From a virus, in the IMG/VR virus record IMGVR_UViG_3300045988_164075: a DNA stretch of 64,000 nucleotides. The stretch is one strand, 5' to 3'. Below are positions 59,671 through 64,000 of this stretch, in pieces (positions within the stretch are counted from its first letter, which is position 1; the number at the start of each line of letters is the position of its first letter). The position numbers were made by a program, and so were the translations under genes. The notes under the pieces are model-generated. The model made no database searches, was not told the origin of the DNA, and saw only the letters and a list, made by a program, of their open reading frames with translations.

Positions 59671-62284
59671 ATGAGCGATATTGGAATTCTTTGAAAACTA
59701 ATTGAGGACGGACGTAAGGGAAAAAATATTGGCACATCAACTGGTCTTTCAAAATTAGATAAACTAATAGGAGGAATTCAAGATAGTCGCTATTATTTAA
59801 TATCTTCTCAAAGTAGTGGAGGTAAAAAGATTAATTTCATTTTGCCGTCTATAAAAGTGATTTTATAGATAATGATCGGGCAATATCGGCGAAGGCTAAA
59901 CAGTTTATTAAAGATGCCTATAATATTGATCTTGATAAAATGCACGCTAACGCCGAGATAACTAAAGAAATTAAAGAGTCTTTAGTATTGTAACGCATAG
60001 AAGGTGAATCTACTTAGAATATAATCCTTCCACGAGTGTCCGACATCTAAATATAAATCTAAATTTAGATGAAAACATATGCTGACCTTATAGGAAACTA
60101 TAAGAAGTAAAGGATAAAAAGCCTTTACGATAACAATGTGAAAACTTCACTCGTATTGTTTTTTATGTATCAAATGCTACGTAATAGTACAGATCCAGTA
60201 TATTTTATTTATTATAGTCTTGAATTAGGTAGTGAAATTCTATTAGCTAAATTAATGGCTTTGTATTGTGCGGAAGAATTTGGTATCTATTTAACAACCA
60301 ATAACGTTCTTTCGTTTGATTCGATATTAACTGATGAAAATTATGAATATTTACGAAAGGCAAAAGAGTGAATACAGAGTATTGAAGATAGATTAATTAT
60401 ATTTGATTCTGGTTTATCTGCAAGAATTCTGTATAAAACTACTATTCCTATACTTCAAAAGCTTGGAAAGATCGAGGAAATAGATGGAAGAGAAATCTAT
60501 ATTCCTAATAATCCCAATCAGAAAGTTATTGGAGTTATAGATCATGCTTTGCTAGAAATGGCACTTTAATTAGAAATAATTATTGAAAAATCAAACAATA
60601 TCGGTAAAAGCTAAAATAAAAATTAAATAGTAATATTTGTATTTCTTATTTAATTAATGTAACTTTGATCAATAAAAATAGTTACAATAAAAAATTAAAA
60701 TATGGGAAAACAAATTACTACTGAATTTTTGAACAAATTAATCCAAATGTATGAGAGTGGAATGTCAATTAGTGCAATTAATTCCACTTTTCATACAGAT
60801 GCTTATTATCATTTTAAAAAACATGGAATTAAAATTCGATCTAGTGGTGAACAAAGACGGATAAGCAGAAAAAATTGTATTACAATTAATTGAGATTGTA
60901 AGAATGTTAATAATGGCATAGAAGCATATATTATTGGGTTATTAATGGCGGATGGGTCGTCTAGTGGTAAACAAATTGTTCTTTGTCTTAAAGATTCCGA
61001 TTCTTATTTAGTAGAAAAAATAAAAAATTATTTTTCTCCTGAAATAACACTTCAAAAAAGAAGAAATAACGTCGGATTTGCTATTTCCTCTCAAATTATT
61101 TGTGAAAATTTATCTCAATATGGAATTAAAGTAGGAAAAACTTACTCTGAATTATCGATTCCTTCTAATCTTTCTATTGATTTAATTCCACATTTTATTA
61201 GAGGATACTTTGACGGAGACGGTTCGATTTTTGTATGTAAAGTTAAAGGAGTCCCAAAATATTTAAAAGGAAATATTTGTTCTCCAACTAGAAATATTTT
61301 AGAAGAAATACAAGAAAAATTAAAAATATTTGGGATTGATTCTACAATAAATCTAGAAAAAAGATCAGGAAAAACAATATGAATACCGTCTGGAACAAAC
61401 GAAACTGTTGCATCTTGTGATATGTATCGGCTTTTTATACGCAAAAAAGAAAGTTTAAAAAAATTTTATAAGCTGATATATACAAATGCAGACTTTTTTC
61501 TTTTACGTAAGAAGAAAGTATTTGATGATTTTTATCATGCTAATACCGAGATAAGCTTAGAAACTAAAGAGTCTAAGCTATCGTAGAGCATAGAAACTGA
61601 ACCTAAGAAATTAGAATAAAATGTTTCCAAGAGTGTTTGACATCTTACTTAAATGAAGATGAAAATGTATGCCGAACTTATAGGAAACTATAAGAACTGG
61701 AAGATAAAAAACTTCTAGGATAACAAAATTGATTAAAATTAGAAGAAGGTAGGAAAATAAAGGAAGAAATTGATTTAACATCTTCTTATATGGTAACGCT
61801 TAAGCGTAAATATCGAATATCTTGATTTATGATTATGCAGCAAAATAGAGAATCTTCTTCTATGGATAGAAGAAAAGCTGATTTATCTGAACCAGGTTTA
61901 AATGATATTATGGCTTCAAGTGCTCCTGTAAATGATAGCGATGTAACCTTACAAATATTTTATCCTGCTAGAGAAAAACTTTCTACTTGTAGAGGATATA
62001 AAATATTAAGTGAAAATGGAGGAGGATTAAGAGATACATATAGAGGGTTGATTATAAGTAAAAATCGATATGGAATTGCTAATCAAGTCTTGAATTGTGG
62101 ATTTTATGGCTCCGTAGGTTGGTGAACGGAATTACCTTCGCCCGAACAAATTACTGATATAAAATTAATTAGAGAACCTTCTCTAAATATTCCGTGTAAA
62201 ACAAAACGTATTATACAACAAGATTTATCAGAAAATGATATAGATAAAGAGATAATAAGAACTAATATTGAATATACGTTTTAA
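59671..62284 (+). CDS. DnaB/gp4-like replicative helicase split by two group I introns. Exons are 59671..59823, 60141..60553 and 61732..62284, 372 aa.
   Basis: Exon 1 ends ..YYLISSQSSGG and exon 2 starts KTSLVLFF.., so Walker A GGKT is restored. Exon 2 ends ..VIGVIDHALL and exon 3 continues LKLEEGRKIKEEID..LKRKY..MQQNRESSS... The total length is divisible by 3. Several in-frame TGA. Confidence 0.65.
59824..60140 (+). mobile_element. ORF-less group I intron (317 nt) with a homing-endonuclease relic.
   Basis: Splice sites GGAGGT|AAAAAG and ..GATAACAATGTG|AAAACT. Positions 59839-59899 are identical to 63940-64000, the 3' end of the LAGLIDADG ORF in the next intron. The relic frame reads ..FAVYKSDFIDNDRAISAKAKQFIKDAYN..*. 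Confidence 0.7.
60554..61731 (+). mobile_element. Group I intron (1178 nt) with a LAGLIDADG ORF.
   Basis: P1 pairs exon TGCT (60550-60553) with intron GGCA (60560-60563). The 3' end is ..GATGAAAATGTATGCCGAACTTATAGGAAACTATAAGA..GGATAACAAAATTG|. The ORF sits between TATCGGT..AAAGCTAAA and GCTAATACCGAGATA. Confidence 0.65.
60702..61586 (+). CDS. LAGLIDADG homing endonuclease, 294 aa, two in-frame TGA.
   Basis: ORFs 60702..60893 and 60945..61382 and the tail to TAG 61584-61586 are in one frame. Motifs ..YIIGLLMADGSS.. and ..FIRGYFDGDGSIF.., plus an N-terminal HTH-like domain. Confidence 0.8.
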
Positions 62285-62286
62285 TT

Positions 62287-62793
62287 ATGGAATTGCCAAA
62301 ATCTAAACTACCTGCAGAAACACAAGATCCGAGAAATTTAATTATATTCTCAAAAGTTAAACAAGGAAAAAGTTCAGCTCTTGCAGAACTTCCTAATAAC
62401 TTGATGCTTGATACTGAAGGTGGATTAGCATATATTGAAGCACTTAAAGTTAGAGTAACGTCTGTAAAAGATATTAAAGAAGTTTGTCAAGAAGTAATTA
62501 AAGCTGGAAAACCTTACGATTTTATTACAATTGATACAGTTACAGCGTTAGAAGATATAGTTAAACCTTTAGCATTACACCTGTATAAACAAACTCCTGC
62601 TGGAGAGAAGTTTACTGGCACTGATGTCATTGACGCGGCAATGGGAGCTGGGTATAAATTTATGAGAGATGCTTTAGAGCAAGTTATTAATATGGTTGCT
62701 AAGTGTACTCGAAATGTAATACTTGTCTGTCATGCTAAAGATGCAGCTATTGCAAATAGTGATTTAACAGCGAAGCAAATTGACTTGTTAGGT
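62287..62793 (+). CDS. Sak4-like / AAA_24 RecA-fold ATPase, exon 1 only. The second exon lies beyond the window.
   Basis: ..NLIIFSKVKQGKSSALAELP..YDFITIDTVTALED..NVILVCHAKD..QIDLLG| is followed by the same GGT|AAA intron start as the other introns. Confidence 0.55.
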
Positions 62794-64000
62794 AAATTTT
62801 TTGTTTATTAAATAAATATGTTTTATATTTGTAAGAAATAAATAGATATATCTAATTAACATTTTTTACAAATATGATAGAAAAATTACATAAAGATGGA
62901 TTTAATTCTCAACAAATAGCAAATGAGCTAGGGTTAGAAAAGAAATATGTTGATTTATATTTAATTGAATATTTATATAAAACTAAACCAAACTCTAAAC
63001 GAAAAGATATAAATTTAATTAAGTCAGTAATTAACGATAGACATTGCGGAATAACTCTTAGTGATAGTTGTAAAAAGTATGGTTTAAATAATACTTCAAT
63101 TAGTCGTTTATTTAAAGATGCAGGCATCTATTTTCCAAATCCGAAATATTTTGATACATCTCAGATAAATACGAACTTTATTAACAACTTAATTAGAGAT
63201 TTTAATAATGGAACTCCTGTTTATAAATTAGTTGAGACATACGGCTATAATAAAAGTGTATTAGCGAAACTAATTAATGAAAATGGAGGAAATACAACCG
63301 CTCCCTCATTTAATATTCATATTTTTGATAATATTGATACTGAAGAAAAAGCATATTGATTAGGATTTCTAATGGCGGATGGAAATGTATCTCAAAAAGG
63401 CCACATAATAAGTTTAGAATTAAAAATAATTGATGCTGAACACTTATTTAAATTTAAAACGTTTCTAAATAGTACTAATAATATAAAGCTTGATTTTGGA
63501 AAATTAAAAAGATGTAGGTTTAATTTTGCTAATAAATATACGTTTGAGGCTTTATCTAAATGAGGCTGTGTTCCAAATAAATCATTAATATTACAATTTC
63601 CATATTTAATTCCTAAAACTTTATATATTCCGTTTATTCGGGGATATTTTGATGGAGATGGGAGTTTAACATATTCTTATACAAATAAAGGAAAAACAAA
63701 AATTACAGTTAGTACTAATTTTATTGGAACTAAATCTTTCTTGCAAAGTTTACAAGATATTTTATTAGAATATAATATAAAGTTTAATGAATGACATAAT
63801 AAACATCATAACGAAGTTATTATGAACATAGATAACAATAAATCAAATAGTGTGAAATTATTAAATTTATTATATTCTAATGCTACTATTTATCTTGAAC
63901 GTAAATATCAACGTTATTTATTTTTTAAACAAGATTCAAATTTTGCCGTCTATAAAAGTGATTTTATAGATAATGATCGGGCAATATCGGCGAAGGCTAA
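62794..64000 (+). mobile_element. Group I intron (partial, runs off the window end) with a LAGLIDADG ORF near its 5' end.
   Basis: The 5' junction is TTAGGT|AAATTT. The ORF 3' end is identical to the relic in the DnaB intron 1 region that precedes its TATCGGCG..GGCTAAA stem. Confidence 0.55.
62874..64000 (+). CDS. LAGLIDADG homing endonuclease (C-terminus beyond the window), three in-frame TGA.
   Basis: ORFs 62874..63359 and 63372..63563 and the downstream stretch are in one frame. Motifs ..AY W LGFLMADGNVS.. and ..FIRGYFDGDGSLTY.., plus N-terminal HTH-like repeats. Confidence 0.75.

Noticed and set aside
1-64000. Prophage or integration signals (integrase, att sites), CRISPR arrays and rRNA genes.
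   Set aside because: None was seen. No tyrosine or serine recombinase motifs, no repeat-spacer arrays and no rRNA-like sequence were found in any frame inspected.

Overview
The window looks like an AT-rich tailed-phage genome segment. Gene content, Bacteroidetes-style lipoprotein signals (LFTSC, LFSSC) and TGA recoding suggest a crAss-like phage, but that assignment is inference only. It has three blocks. (1) 1-23,941 holds mostly minus-strand morphogenesis genes: tail fibres including a collagen-like one, portal, large terminase and a virion peptidoglycan hydrolase. A plus-strand lysis cassette sits at 19,253-22,527. (2) 23,976-47,380 is a plus-strand accessory block of about 60 small ORFs that are almost all intact under the standard code. 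It carries a Rep-like winged-HTH gene beside 22-bp-spaced iterons, about 20 tRNA genes, nucleotide-metabolism genes and several decayed genes. (3) 47,710-64,000 is a plus-strand replication and nucleic-acid block: RNase HI, ferritin-like protein, SF2 helicase, DnaB-like helicase and a Sak4-like ATPase. Blocks 1 and 3 only give full-length proteins if in-frame TGA is read as Trp. At the block 2/3 boundary lies a tRNA-Trp-like gene whose anticodon becomes UCA only after removal of a 216-nt group I-like intron from the anticodon loop. Six more group I introns interrupt portal, terL, the ferritin-like gene, the DnaB-like gene (twice) and the Sak4-like gene. For five of them the exon joins restore frame and conserved motifs by hand translation; the Sak4-like second exon lies beyond the window. 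Three introns carry homing-endonuclease ORFs that themselves contain in-frame TGA. All coordinates come from manual reading; no tools or database searches were run.
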